Of a stretch of DNA of 64,000 bases, positions 47,146 through 60,405 are shown one piece after another; position 1 is the first letter of the stretch, and each line of letters opens with the position of its first letter. This DNA is from Malacoraja senta. Its lineage: Eukaryota. The stretch spans positions 2,170,001-2,234,000 of the forward strand of contig CM075988.1 of the NCBI GenBank assembly GCA_038087875.1, read 5' to 3'. The notes beneath the pieces are model-generated. The model had not been told where the DNA came from, did not search any database, and saw only the letters and a program-made list of their open reading frames with translations. The position numbers and the translations under genes are program-made.

Positions 47146-50100
47146 GTTGGGCTTGGTTTAATAAAGGATTGAATAGGATGGCAATGGAGAATGTGAACCA
47201 TGGTGATAGAGTATGTTTGGCAGTACTTGAGGTGCAGAGTGGATGGTTCATTTTTAACCCAAAGAAGGGAAAGGAAACTGAAATTGAGCCTGCATATTTA
47301 CTGGTAACTTCAATCAGGCATTGGCAGCTTGGGCACAGGCCAACACTGGTGGTTAACATTGCATGTTCTGTCAATACAGGTTTTGGAGATGGTTGCGGGC
47401 AGTAATGTTGCTAAGCTTCACTTAAAGTTGTGTGAGCGTAATGTCTATTTATATAAAATATGAGAGGTGTTCTGTGGGTGAAGTGGTGATTGAGATTATA
47501 TGGATGATGGAAAGTATTTGATGCCTGCATGCGTTTGGAGGTAGAGGTTCAAGTTCTGCATTAGGGTGAACTGTCTGACTTGTTCTGCGCAAATCATTGA
47601 ATTTGTGCTTTGAGTGTTAAGCTCAGCTGCAGCCAGCCTGAAGGTTGGTGTAAGATTCTGCAAATATTGGCTGCAAATGTTGTGCAATTGTTTGGTGTTC
47701 AGAGGAAAAATTGTTTTGTTTTTCAACTAACTCGAAGACAATACAGAACTGTATGACCCTCGACCTGTGAGCTACGCAGTTGGAGGATATTGTCTAGCGT
47801 GCAAAACGGAATTTTTGCACAGTGGCTTAATTGATAAGAAATACAGGTAAAATTGGGGTGTGGGGTGGGGGGGGGGGGGGTATGATATATAGTTTAAAAA
47901 AAGAGCCATTTGTGATGTCAGGTGAAATTTGAAATATGCTAAGAAACATGCTTGGATATTTCAACGAAAATCTTTTAGCATGAAATTTTGTGATAGAATA
48001 GAAAATACTTTGTCTTAAAAGATATTGAATAATTTAAAGTTCTCATTGTCTTAAAGTACATATTTGGGCCTGTTCCATTTCCCCACCCCCCTAACTACCA
48101 CTATTAATTATCACCAGTGTTCTTATATCCTTTCTCTGTTCTTTTATATTTGTTACGGGATAGGTGACTTGTATCAATTTTTAGCTGTCAGTGGTCCAAT
48201 TTATTTTAATTTGCCAGTGCTCGCTGATGTTTCCGGCAATTGGCAGTGCAAGATTATTATGAATTGAAAGTTGTACTTGTTTGATACGTGATGTGTCCCT
48301 CCATTTATTTACAATATCTAACAATAGATCCATGGCCACTTAATTGAGGTAAAGATTGGATAAGCAATCTTTATCTAATTGTGTTTTGAATGGGGGCAGT
48401 AATTTAATGAAGATTGACCTCTTCCTTATTTTAATCATTTTTAGACTGTTTTTTTGGATGTTATCTTTCTTTCCAAGAGTTGTTTGTGTAGTAAAACTGG
48501 CTGATCATGAATTGTGCAATTGTGTGTTCTGCAAAGAACTTCACTTTTCTCACACTTTTGCTTAGTTTGTAAATAACATGTTTCAGGCCTTTCCAGAGAG
48601 GAGGAATAATGCATTGGTGCAATAATAAGCTGGAGCCATCATTGAACCTTAATGATTTTGCAGGCTTGATACACTTCCCAAGGGATACAGTGGAACACCT
48701 GTTCTTGTGCCATTTTTTCTGTCTATAATAAATAGATAGTACTGGAAATTTGCAGCCGATCAGTGTCTGCCAGCAGAGACAGGTTCTGACACACACATAG
48801 TGTATACTGGTTGAGTATCCAATTGTAACTTGCACTTTCTTTACAAATACTGAATGGCCTATGCATTGTAGCATATCAAATTTTGTGTAGTGGTTGAAAG
48901 TTCAGGTTCAGATTTAGTGATTCTTGGATGTAAGCAGTTGACAAACCAGACAGATAATTGTTTTCAATAATTCACTCTCAACAAACACCCTGCATACTAC
49001 TTACAGACATGGTTGGGTAAACACGCTATCCTGTTAAAATTAGTTTAATACACTTTATTTCTTTTAATGGTTGAGATGTATTCAGGATGACTGTAAATAA
49101 TAAAATAATCCACAGCAAAACATTTCCCACCGTAACTAAAAGGAAAGCATGCCTTGTGCCTTGTTACACAGAAGTAATTAAAGATGGATTATAAAAGGTT
49201 TATATGTTGACCTTTCTGTCCAAGCACTTTGTGACGAAAGAGCAATGTTTGTTTGAAATCTGTATCTGAAATCTCATGGCATTAGTGCAACATGGAGAAC
49301 ATTTCAGTTGTTGCCTCATGTCCTTGATGAACAGTTCACGTCCTTGATGAACAACAGTTGGAAGAAGCAGTGAGAGTAACAATGGAAAATTGTACTCTGG
49401 CTTTAATGCCCATCACTAAGTTTGGCTTGGTAGTCCCAACAATGATCATGTTGATTGAATTCTAAAATACATAGCTACCAGACAAGGTATGTGGTAAGTG
49501 AACCAATGTGAGGAGTAACCATGCCAGATGCTGTCCTTGTTAGACCATCTGTTGCAATTGTATCTATCCATGATAGCATCAGTGGGAGTGAATACTGCAC
49601 AATATTTGTTGAGACTGTATTATCTGCACATTCAGAATACTTCTATCTTGCTTTGTGGCACCTCTGCTGTGCATAAGGCAGACTTGGATTGAATTTAGTA
49701 GCTCAAATGGGCATCCATAAGATGTCAATTGCAGTAGAATTGGGCTCCGTCGCTGCCATCTAATGGACAACCTAGGGAATCAGTCTTGAGTAACGTGCGG
49801 AAGCCATGCTAGGAGCAGCATCAGGTGTACCTACAAATTCCAACATGCATGAAATCAGATCTAAGCAATCTCATGTCTGTTAGTCATAATGCTGGCGTAA
49901 CTCAGCGGGAAAGGCAGCATCTCTGGACAGAAGGCATGCGTGACGTTTCAGTCCTTCTTCAGACTGAAAGTCACGGGAAAGGGAAACGAGAGATATAGAT
50001 GATGATGTAGTATTGAATTCGTGTATGGTTTGATTTTATGCAAGCATGGTATGATTTGCTTGGACAGCACCCAAATTATTTGGACTATCTCAGTATATGT

Positions 50101-50329
50101 GACAATATACCTATTAATCCCATGGCTGATATTTTGCCTTTTTGTCATTTTTGTATGCTAACCACAAATTGCTTGATTCCCTTAATATCTAAAAATCTTT
50201 CCATCCCACATAGCCATAGTTACACAGCAAAGAAACAGACCTTTCAGCTCACTATGTCCATACCACCTCTTGGACCTGATTCCATTTACCCACATTAGGT
50301 TCATTCCTTCCATGCCTTGGTGATTCAAG

Positions 50330-53075
50330 CCTTTGTCCAGATGCTGCATAAATATCAAATCAAGGGTTATTGAAGGTTTAATCAGGAAAAACAAGAGATA
50401 TGTGAGAAGTATTGACAACTAATCAAGCAAAGGTGTTGGAGTACATAAGGAAATTAGGGGAACAGAATCCTAAGTCATTCCATAAGTACTTTAGGAGTAA
50501 AAGGGTAGCTGGGTAAGAGTGAGTCTCCTTAGGAACCAACAGATAATCTATTGGATGAGGTCCTAAATTTATACATCTCATCTGTAATTACCAAAGTGAA
50601 TAAAGTTAAGGATACTGGGTTCAGGGAGGGAGACATTAATAGAATCAAACATGTCTCTCATAAGAGGATTCTTACATCTTTGTTATCCCCTGGTTTAGGT
50701 ACGAGAAGACTGGAGGATGGCTAATGCTATTTCATTGTTGAGCAGTAGGGATAGGGCAGATGACGAGAGGGCAGTGAACAGTATGTCTGGTAGTAAAATT
50801 ATAGAAGTGGTTAAGATGGCATGTGGCATATACATAAAATATAACGGTTAGGATGTTATGTTACAATTTAACGAAATAATGATTAGGCTGCACTTGGAGT
50901 ATGGTGTGCAGTTCTGATCACCAAACTAGGAAGGATGTGATTGTGCTGGAGAGAGTGCTGTGGAGATTCACCAGGATGTTTTCAAGATTCAAAATTTCTA
51001 TGGGGCAGGATTTTCATATATTTAGAAAGTCAAGTCGGGAGAGTTTATTGTCATGTGTCCCAGATAGGACAATGAAATTCTTGCTTGCTGCAGCACAACA
51101 GAATATTGTAAGCAAAAATACAGAACAGTTCGGTTCAATATACACATAAATAAACAGATAAAGTGCAATAGGCTGTTACAATTCAGAGTCTGTTTGTTGG
51201 CGAGTTTAATAGCCTGATGGCTGTGGGAAAGAAACATGTATTTAGAAAATGAGTGACTAATTATGGGAGGCAGTATGGCTTTGAGTGGAAAATCCTGTTT
51301 CACTAATTTGAAGTTTTTTTGCACATGGGATCTAAAATCAGCTAATTGATAGGAGTCAGAGAATGGTGGAGGGATGATGTTCCTCAATTGGAAGTCTGTG
51401 ACCAGTGGTGTGCTGGGATTCTTGCTGTTTGGGATTATGTATTAACAAGTTGGATATGATTAGTACATTTGAAGATGACAAGAAAATTGGTGTTTTGGAT
51501 AATGTGGAAGATTGTCTAAGGCTACAGCAGGATATAGATCCATTGGAAAGTTGGTGACGGTGCATTTCATGAAGTCTCACGGGTATAACATCTACACTAA
51601 ATGGTAGGGCTCTAAGTAATGTCGATGTTTTTGGGGTCAATTCCACAGTTCCCTGAAAGTGACAGCACCAGTGGATTAGGTGGTGAAGAAGGCATATGGC
51701 ATATTCATAGAATATAAGAGTTAGGCAATAAAGTATCATTCACTCAAAATGTTATGTTACAACATGAATGGCAGATGGAATGAGGTATTGCATTTTGGTA
51801 AGTCAAACTTGGGCAGGAGTTGCATAGTAATGGTGGAGTCCTGGAGAGTGTTGTAGGGCAGAGAGACTGAGGGGTGAGGGCAGGGCTGTGGAGTCGTCGA
51901 GTCTCGGAGCAATTTTGGTGCCGCAGGAGTCAGTCGGTGAAAAATTCCCGACACCAACCTCAACATAAATTTCAGAGACTACGTAAATCGGAAAAAATCC
52001 CACTTTTTAAACATACTGCACACTTTATTTCCACCCAAGAGAATGTCATTTTGAACATTTTGTATGTACTTTTGTAGCAAACTTAACTATGCATTTATTG
52101 CACTTGAGAATTTATTTTGGTCATAGTTTAGCCATTTAGCTCATATCTGTGGCTTTAGTTTAATACATTTTGGAATAATGCTTTTATAATTTGTATTTAA
52201 TTCAATGGAATTTTGATTGTCACAGCCCTATATGTAATTTTTTTCTTTTAGCATAATGAATGATGTTTTACTTTCAAGAATAAACAATAAAAAAAGCCAC
52301 AATAGCATAGCTACAACCATTATACTCAAAACTTTAAGGACATGGGTTTAAAATGTAACCTGATGATTCATGTAGTTCTTATGAAATACCATCTTGTGTA
52401 ATGCCATCCTAGCAGATTTAGAATTATTATACTTGGGAGTCGGAGTCGGGTGTTTTGGGTATCGACTCCACAGCCCTGGGTGCAGGGGCACTGTTTGTTC
52501 AAAATAGTGAGACGGGTATGATGATGTGGAAGGCATTTGGCATGCTTGATGTTGGTGAGACTACACTTGGAGTATTCTGTGACGTTCTGGTCTCCCAGCT
52601 GTAGGAACAATGTCATTAAGCTGAAAAGGGCACAGAAAAGATCTGAATGTTACCAGGACTCGATGATTTGCGCTGGGTAGCCTAGGAATCTTTTCCCTGG
52701 AGCACAGCAAGCTGAGGGGTGATCTTATGGAAGTATATGAAATTGAGAGGCATAGAAAAGGTGATTAAAACCGTGTCTTTTTCCCAAGAGGAGTGCAAAA
52801 CTAGAAAGCTTAGGTTTAGGGTGAGAGGGTAAAGATTTAAGAGACCTGATGGGCAATTTCTTCACGCGGAGGGTGGTGCATATAAGGAATGAGCTGCCAG
52901 AGGAAGCTGTAGAGTTGGGTACAATTACTATGTTTAAAAGACGTTTAGACAAGTACATGGATAGGGAACTTGTTGAGAGATATTTTGTAAACACAGGCAA
53001 GTGGGATTTTAACTTTATAAAATCTGGTGGACATGGGCGAGTTGCGCCAAAGTGCCTGTTTCCATTATATCTGTG
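50330..53075 (+). mobile_element. Old CR1 fragments interrupted by a Rex1 tail (about 51025-51230) and a hAT
   Basis: RKDVIVLERVLWRFTRM, FEDDKKIG and FFTRRVVHIRNELPEEAVE motifs. Confidence 0.75.
51881..52478. mobile_element. Non-autonomous hAT (Ac-like) element
   Basis: Perfect 16-bp TIR CAGGGCTGTGGAGTCG; subterminal GGAGTC repeats; degenerate TSD GGTGAGGG/GGTGCAGG. Confidence 0.85.
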
Positions 53076-53098
53076 CACCCACTCTGTCTAAATGCAAG

Positions 53099-53387
53099 GT
53101 AGACAAAAATGCTGGAGATACTCAGCGGGTGAGGCAGCATCTATGGAGCTAAGGAAATATGCAACGTTTCGGGTCGAAACCCTTCTGAGGAAATGGGCAA
53201 CGTTTCGGGTCGAAAGTTCGGGTCGTGCTGTAATTGTTATATGATTATATGGTTATCTGGAAACCCTTCTGAAGGAAATGGGCAATGTTTCAGGTTGAAA
53301 CCCTTCTAAGGAAATAGGCAACGTTTCGGGTCGAAATCCTTCTGAAGGAAATAGTCATTCGTTTCGGGTCGAAACCCTTTCTAAATC
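53099..53387 (-). mobile_element. PLE terminal insertion with a tandemly reiterated unit of about 37 bp
   Basis: Duplication CTGTCYAAATGCAAG (53084-53098, 53388-53402); repeated gaaggaaataggcaacgtttcgggtcgaaacccttct. Confidence 0.85.
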
Positions 53388-53861
53388 CTGTCCAAATGCA
53401 AGACTGTTTCAGTGTGATCACACATTGTGTAAAAATTCAGTAGTACAGGCCCAGCTGCAGGTCTGGTGGTCTATCATTGCACTGCCTCTGTTCTTTTATC
53501 CTTTCTTGGTAGGACAAGACTTGCACACAATTTTAGATGCAGCATCTCTAGTACTCAAAGAGACACAAAGTGTGTACTCCAGCACTATCTTTTTTGTAAA
53601 CAAGCATCAGCAGTTTCTTGTATCTCTAGTACTCGTCATCTTATTTGTTTTCCTAATTATTTGCGGGGTTTGCATGTTTTTTGACCGCTATTCAAGAAAA
53701 TCCAGATCCCTCTGAACATCAGCATCTATCAGTGTCACATGATATGAAAAAATGCACTGCTTTTGTATGTTATGTATGACCTTGCAGGTCTTCACTTTAG
53801 ATTCCACTTTACATTTACACTTTTACATAATACTTTTTTATATAAAGGCATAAATGTATGC

Positions 53862-55165
53862 ATAGAAACATAGATACATAGAAGATAGGTGCAGGAAGAG
53901 GCTATTCGGCCCTTCGAACCAGCACCGCCATTCATTGTGATCATGGCTGATCGTCCCCAATCAATAACCCGTGCCTGCCTTCTCCACATATCCCTTGATT
54001 CCACTAGTAGCAATGTCACAATTTTGAGATTTTAAAAATAAAGTCTGCAATTTATCCCATCAGATAAAGCATAAAAATAAGTTTAATTTGACACCTAATT
54101 CACTTTCATATCTTCAGTATTAAAGAAGTTATGGCCATTTTCATACTCGGAAATTAGCATCTTGTTCCCTATTGCTTTTCCATTGACTTAACACAAAAGC
54201 TGTGATCGAGGACAGTTAAAAGCCCATAACTTTCTTAAAAATTAAGATAACTGAAAGAAATTTTCAGTTATTATAGATTGAAGCATTCTGAAACAAATAT
54301 GAAACAATCTTACTTAGAAGACATGAGAGTAAAGCATATAATTAGTTAGTTACCTAATTGTAGCTAATTACAAAATTCAATTACTAGATCTAAACATCTA
54401 TCAATTTCTTAAGAATAGATTAACATTTTTAAATAGCCTAAGTGTCCAAATAACGTTCACACAATAATTCACAATAGAACATAATTTTTAAATCTCATTT
54501 TCATGAATTTACAGGCCAAATGGAAGGAATTGAATGTTTAATACCTGTAAATTAATGGGCATTTAAATCATCTTGCGAGTGAGGATTTCTGGAACGCGAT
54601 CTTTTGGAACGTTCATTTGCGGTGAATTTAACCCCGTATTGGCATGAAAAATACTGCCGTTAATTCGGGGAATAAAATCACCGTGTCGCATGAAAAAATG
54701 TGAATTAAAGGCTTCTTAAGAAGCACTTTTATACATTTAACGAAACCACTTTCGTTTACCTGTCCCGTGTGTGAAATCCGTCCCCGTTATCGGCGTTGAC
54801 GCTTCAGGAGCTGCTTTTAAAATTACTCTAGCGCTGACATTGACGATTTAATAAAAATAAAAAACACACAAAATGCCACTAGGAACGATTCTTCAGCCAA
54901 CGCTTGTACTCCAACAAAATATTAACCAGGACAAGGGAGGAGAAACCGCGTTTTAACCCCGCCCCCCCTTAAAGGCGCCAAAATCGCGCACACGGACAGT
55001 GGCAGAATTACAGCGCGACTGAAGGTAAGTTTTGTAACATACCTACCACTAGCCCCTAAAGCTCTATCTAACTATCTTAAATCCATCCAGTGATTTGACC
55101 TCCACTGCCCTCTGTGGCAAGGAATTCCACAAATCCACAACTCTCTGGGTGAAAATGTATTTTTC
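53862..55165 (-). mobile_element. CR1 3' tail split by a DNA transposon
   Basis: atcccttgattccactag|cccctaaagctctatc rejoins; compare the intact tail near 17110. Confidence 0.85.
54008..55045. mobile_element. Non-autonomous TIR DNA transposon with TAG termini and 7-bp TSD
   Basis: TAGCAATGTCACAA and (rc) TAGGTATGTTACAA; CCACTAG at 54001-54007 and 55046-55052. Confidence 0.85.
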
Positions 55166-56938
55166 TGGGTAAAAAAGTTTTGCCTTTTACTTGCTCATAC
55201 ACTTAATCTATCTTAACCCCCCCAAACCTCTGCATCCTTCTCACATCCTACTCTACAACCCAACTTTGTATTGTTTGCAAGCTTATATTAGTCCTGATAT
55301 CCTATTTTTAATTATTGATTTAAACAGTTGGGATCCTTACTGACCTTAGATTAGCCAACATGAAAATAGACATAAGAGACTGTATATGCTGAAAATAAAA
55401 GTCATAAGTAGGTTCCCGACCCAAGATGTTGTCTATCCATTTCTCTACACAGATGCTGTCTGACACACTCAATTCCTCCAACAGTTTTTTTTAAACTTGA
55501 AAATGACCTGCTTATTCCCATTAATTTTTCTGATGGTTAACAAACCTCAATCCATTTTGTGTATTTCCTCCCAATGTTACATGCTCTAATTCCCTTGTAT
55601 ACCCTTTCTGCAAATCGTATGGCAGGGTTTTTGAAAGTCCAAATAAACCACATCAACTGATTTGCCCTTAGTTTGGAGTTATTACATCAGAAATCTCTAA
55701 AAGACTCGCCACATGCGGTGACAGTGTTATTTTTAAAATGCCATGTTACCACTTCCTTAACAAAAATGCCAGACTACTAGACTATAGTTTCCGTTTCCTT
55801 TTAAATAGTGGGTTTATGTTTGCCACCTCATTGCTCTGAGAAACATTCTAAAGTCCATGAAATTTAGGCAACCAGTTCATCCACCATCTTTATTACCACC
55901 AACTTGGGCTATAGCAAGAGACTCGATCTGCCAGCACAAAGTCCTTCTATCATCCACGTGGCACAAGTTAGATGTGTAATGGAATATTCGCCACATCTGG
56001 ATGAATGCATTTTAATAGCTCCCAAGATGTCAAGGTCATCTAATCCAAAGTGGCCATCTTGAATAATAATAAGTTGGAGGAACTCACCACCAACTTCCAC
56101 CCTGCCCTCAAATTCACCTGGACTACCCCTTGACACCTCTCTCCCCTTTTCTTGATCTCTCTGTCTCCATCACAGGAGACATGCTATCGTCTGAGATCTA
56201 CTATACCGACTGACTCTCTCAGTTATCTGGACTACACTTCTTCCCACCTGCCTCTTGCAATCATGCTATCCTCTATTCGCAATTCCTCCTTCTCCACCGC
56301 ATTTGCTCCCAAGATGAGATTTTCCATACATGGACATTATGGAGTGTAACACAGAGAAATGTCAGTTGTTTCATTTTGGCAACTAATACATGGGCAGGAG
56401 CTATACAGTGAATGGTAGGGCTCTGAGGAGTGTTGTAGAGCAGAGGGATCTAGGAGTGCAGGTGCATGGTTCCTTGAAGTTGGAGTCGCAGGTAAATAGG
56501 GTGGTCAAAAGGGCTTTTAGCACATTGACCTTCATCAGTCAGAGTATTGACTATAGAAGTTGGGATGCCATGTTGCAGTTGTATAAGACGTTGGTGAGGC
56601 TGTATTTAGTATTGTGTTCAGTTCTGGGCACCATGTTATAGGAAATATGTCAAGCTGGAAAGGGTACAGAGAAGATTTTACGAGGATGTTGCCAGGATTA
56701 GAGGGTCTGAACTATAGAGAGGTTGAATAGGCTGAGACTATTCCTTGGAGCGCAGGTGGTTGAGGGGTGATCTTATAAAGGTGTATAAAATCATGAGAAG
56801 AATAGATGGGGTAGATCCACAGAGTCTCTTGCCCAGAGTTCACCTAGGGACCAGAGGACATAGGTTTAAGGTGGTGGAAAAGATTCCCATTGAATTTATA
56901 ATGGGAAACAAGAAAATGGCAGAACAGTTAAACAAGTA

Positions 56939-57025
56939 GGTACACAAAAATGCTGGAGAAACTCAGCAGGTGCAGCAGCATCTATGGAGCGAAGGAAATA
57001 GGTAACGTTTCGGGCCGAAACCCTT
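56939..57025 (-). mobile_element. Short PLE terminal insertion
   Basis: 13-bp duplication AGTTAAACAAGTA (56926-56938, 57026-57038). Confidence 0.88.
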
Positions 57026-57362
57026 AGTTAAACAAGTACTTTGGTTTTGTCTTCACTAAGGAATACACAAACAATCTCCCGGAAATAGTGGAGGACTGAG
57101 GATCTAGTACGAGGGAATCCACATTAGTCAGAAAATGGTGTTAGGTGAGCTTTTGGAACTGAAGGCAGATAAATCCGTAGGGCCTGATGGTCTGCATCCC
57201 AGAGTACTCAAGGAGGTGGTCCTAGAAATCGTGGATGCATTGGTGATCATTTTTCAATGTTCTCTCGACACTGGATCAGTTCCTGTGGACTGGAGGGTAG
57301 CCAATGTAACTCCACTTTTTAAGAAAGGAGGGAGAGAGAAAACGGAATTTTAGACCAGTTTT

Positions 57363-57646
57363 GGGCCTGTCCCACATAGGCTATTTTTTAGGCGACTGCC
57401 GGCGACTGTCATAGTCGTAGCAGGTCGCCGAAAAACTGGCGACTGGACCCCACCTTTGACATAAAATTTGAAATAGAATCATACTTTAACAACAAAAAAA
57501 CTAAGTCAGCTCCGGCGGCAACCTACGACAGAACCTACGTCATCCTGGCGACAACCTACGACAGAACCTACGTCAGGAGAAGTCAAGCTGCGCTCATTGG
57601 CGTCAAGCCTAGTCGCCTAAAAAATCGCCTAAGTGGGACAGAGGCA
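57363..57646. mobile_element. PIF/Harbinger-like MITE in CR1
   Basis: GGGCCTGTCCCACATAGGCTATTTTTTAGGCGACT and AGTCGCCTAAAAAATCGCCTAAGTGGGACAG; inserted at a TTA site of the CR1. Confidence 0.8.
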
Positions 57647-60405
57647 TTAGCTTTACATCGGTAGTGTGGAAGATGCTACAGTCGATTATTAAAGATGTTA
57701 CAGCAGTGCATTTGGAAAGCAGTGATGGGATCGGTCAGTCAGCATGGATTTATGAAGGGGAAATCATGATTGACTCATCTTTTGGGATTTTTTGAGGATG
57801 TAACAAATAGAATGGATAAGGGAGAGCCAGTGGATGTGGTATACCTGGACTTTCAAAAAGCCTTTGACAAGGTCCCATACAAGAGATTGGTGAGTAAAAT
57901 TAGAGCACATGGTATTGGGGGTAGGGTATTAACATGGATAGAGAACTGGTTGGCAGACAGGACGCAAAGAGTGGGAATTAAATGGTCCTTTTCAAAATGG
58001 CAGACAGTGACTAGTGGGAAGCCGCAAGGCTCGGTGCTGGGACCCCAATTATTTACAATATAAACGATTTAGACGAGAGAATTAAATGTAACATCTCTAA
58101 GTTTGCGGATGACACAAAGCTGGGTGACAATGTGAGCTGCGAGGAGGATGCTATGAGGCTGCAGGGTGACTTGGATAGGGTGGGTGAGTGGGCAGAAGCA
58201 TGGCAGGTGCAGTATATTGTGGATAAATGTGAGGATATCCACTTTGGTGGCAAGAACAAGAAGGCAGATTATTATCTGAATGCTGTCAGATTAGGAAAAG
58301 GGGAGGTGCAACGAGACCTGAGTGTGCTTGCACATCAATCACTGAAAGCAAGCATGCAGGTACAGCAGGCAGTGAAGAAAGCAAATGGCATATTGGCCTT
58401 CAATGCGAGAATATTTCAGTTTAGGAGCAAGGAGATCCTACTGCAGTTGTACAGGGCCCTGGTGAGTCAGCACCTGGAGTATTGTGTGCAATTTTGGTCT
58501 CCTAATTTGAGGAAGGACATTATTGCTATTGATGGAGTGCAAAGTATGTTCACCAGGTTAATTCCCAGGATGGTGGGACTGACATATGATGAATGAGTCG
58601 ACTGGGCTTGTATTTGCTGCAATTTAGGATGGGATGGGATATGATAGAAACATAATTCTGAAATATTTGTGAAATTCCCTGCCACAGAGGGCAGTGGAGG
58701 TCAAATCACTGGATGGATTTAAGAGAGAGTTAGATAGAGCTCTAGGGGCTAGTGGAATCAAGGGATATGGGGAGAAGGCAGGCACGGGTTATTGATTGGG
58801 GACGATCAGCCAGGATCGCAATGAATGGCGGTGCTGGCTTGAAGGGCCGAATGGCCTCCTCCTGCACCTATTTTCTATGTTTCTATGTTAATGGATTGGA
58901 CAGGGTAGATGCAGGAAAATGTTCCCGATGTTGGGGGAGTCCAGAACGAGAGGTCACAGTTTAAGAATAAGGGATAGGCCAATTAGGACTGAGATGAGGA
59001 AAAACCTTTTCACCCAGAGGGTTGTGAATCTGGAATATTCTGCCACAGAAGGCAGTGGAGGCCAATTCAATGGATGTTTTCAAGAGAGAGTTAGATTTAG
59101 TTCTTGGTGTTAAGGGAATCAAGGGATATGGGGGAAAAGCTGGAACAGGGCACAGATTTTGGATGATCAGCCATGATCATCTTGAATGGCCATGCTGGCT
59201 CGAAGGGCTCAATGGCCTACATATTTTCTATGTTTCTATTTAACAGGAATCTGAGGGGTAAGTGTTTCACAAAGAATGCTGGGGTATGGAACAAGCTCCC
59301 AGAGGCGGTGGTTGAGGCTGGAACTATCCCAATGTGTAAGAAACAGTTAGACAGGTGCATGGATAGGACTGGTTTGGAGGGATATGGACCAAATGCGGGG
59401 CAGCTGGGACTGGCGTAGCTGGGACATGTTGGCCAAGTGTGGGTAAGTTGAGCCGAAGGGCCTGTTTCCAAGCTGTATCACTCTGCCCAACGACATCCGA
59501 GATATCCTCATTCTTCAGTGGATATGGTTTTGCCCCCCATACACAAGGACAAATTTCCCCCAGTTCTCACCTTTCACCCTACCAGCCTGTGCATCCAACA
59601 TATCATCCTTCGACATTTTGTCACCTCCAACATGATCCCACCATTAATCATATCTTCCCATTCTCATCCCTTTCCGTCTTACGCAGAGACTGCTTCCGCT
59701 AAGAAAACAGAGATAATTTAAAAAATGTACCACTTTATAATTTAAGAGGCAGAGCTCTGTCCCTTCTATCATAGTCTGTGGGATGAGGGTTTATTCTCTA
59801 CCAGCTGAGGGCTATTCATTTTTTGGGTCTTGGTTTCTTGCTATTTGGTGCAAAGGATTAGTGATTATAGCTTTCACTGCATTTGGTGCAGGTGAGCCTC
59901 CCAAATCCCAACCCAAGATGTCACCTATTTATGTCCTGCAGAGATGCCTGACACAGTTACTCCAGCACTTTTTAATTCTAAGTTGCAGATTGGGCCTCGG
60001 GAGATATGGGCCAATGATCTCCGTTATTGCCATTGCGAACTGAGGAATTAGTAAACTTATTTTTGTCTGTAGGACATTCGTAAATTAAATATGTGAATAT
60101 ACCAATGGAGGGCAATGTATTTTGCTACAACTACATTTTGTAAAGTTATGGTTATGTTCTTGCTAGTTGTCTTTTTCACGATGCAAACCACAATCTCATT
60201 TTAAAGAGCCTATTAGTCTCTGTTTTCCATTTTTCTTCTGGAAGTGGTGTGATGACATGGTAGTTTCACAGGGACGTGTTGCCCTGTACTTACCATCATT
60301 CATTTGAGTATGATCAGTAAGTTGTGCAAGGTCTGGTCACTGAATTTAATATTTTCGTCACTCCGAATCCCTTTGTCACTTACTCCACCCAAGTGCCAAT
60401 CAAAT

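Larger units (their letters stand above)
56070..59700 (+). mobile_element. Nested stack: decayed PLE RT (56070-56340, 59480-59700) > CR1 (56350-56880, 59240-59480) > second CR1 (56885-59240)
   Basis: Each outer element resumes collinearly after the inner one. CR1 motifs GPDGLHPRVLKE, YLDFQKAFDKVP, PQGSVLGP, KFADDTK. Confidence 0.85.

Noticed and set aside
47736..47825. H/ACA snoRNA or miRNA
   Set aside because: No ANANNA hinge, the second hairpin is too short and pairing is insufficient for a pre-miRNA; kept only as a low-interest structure.
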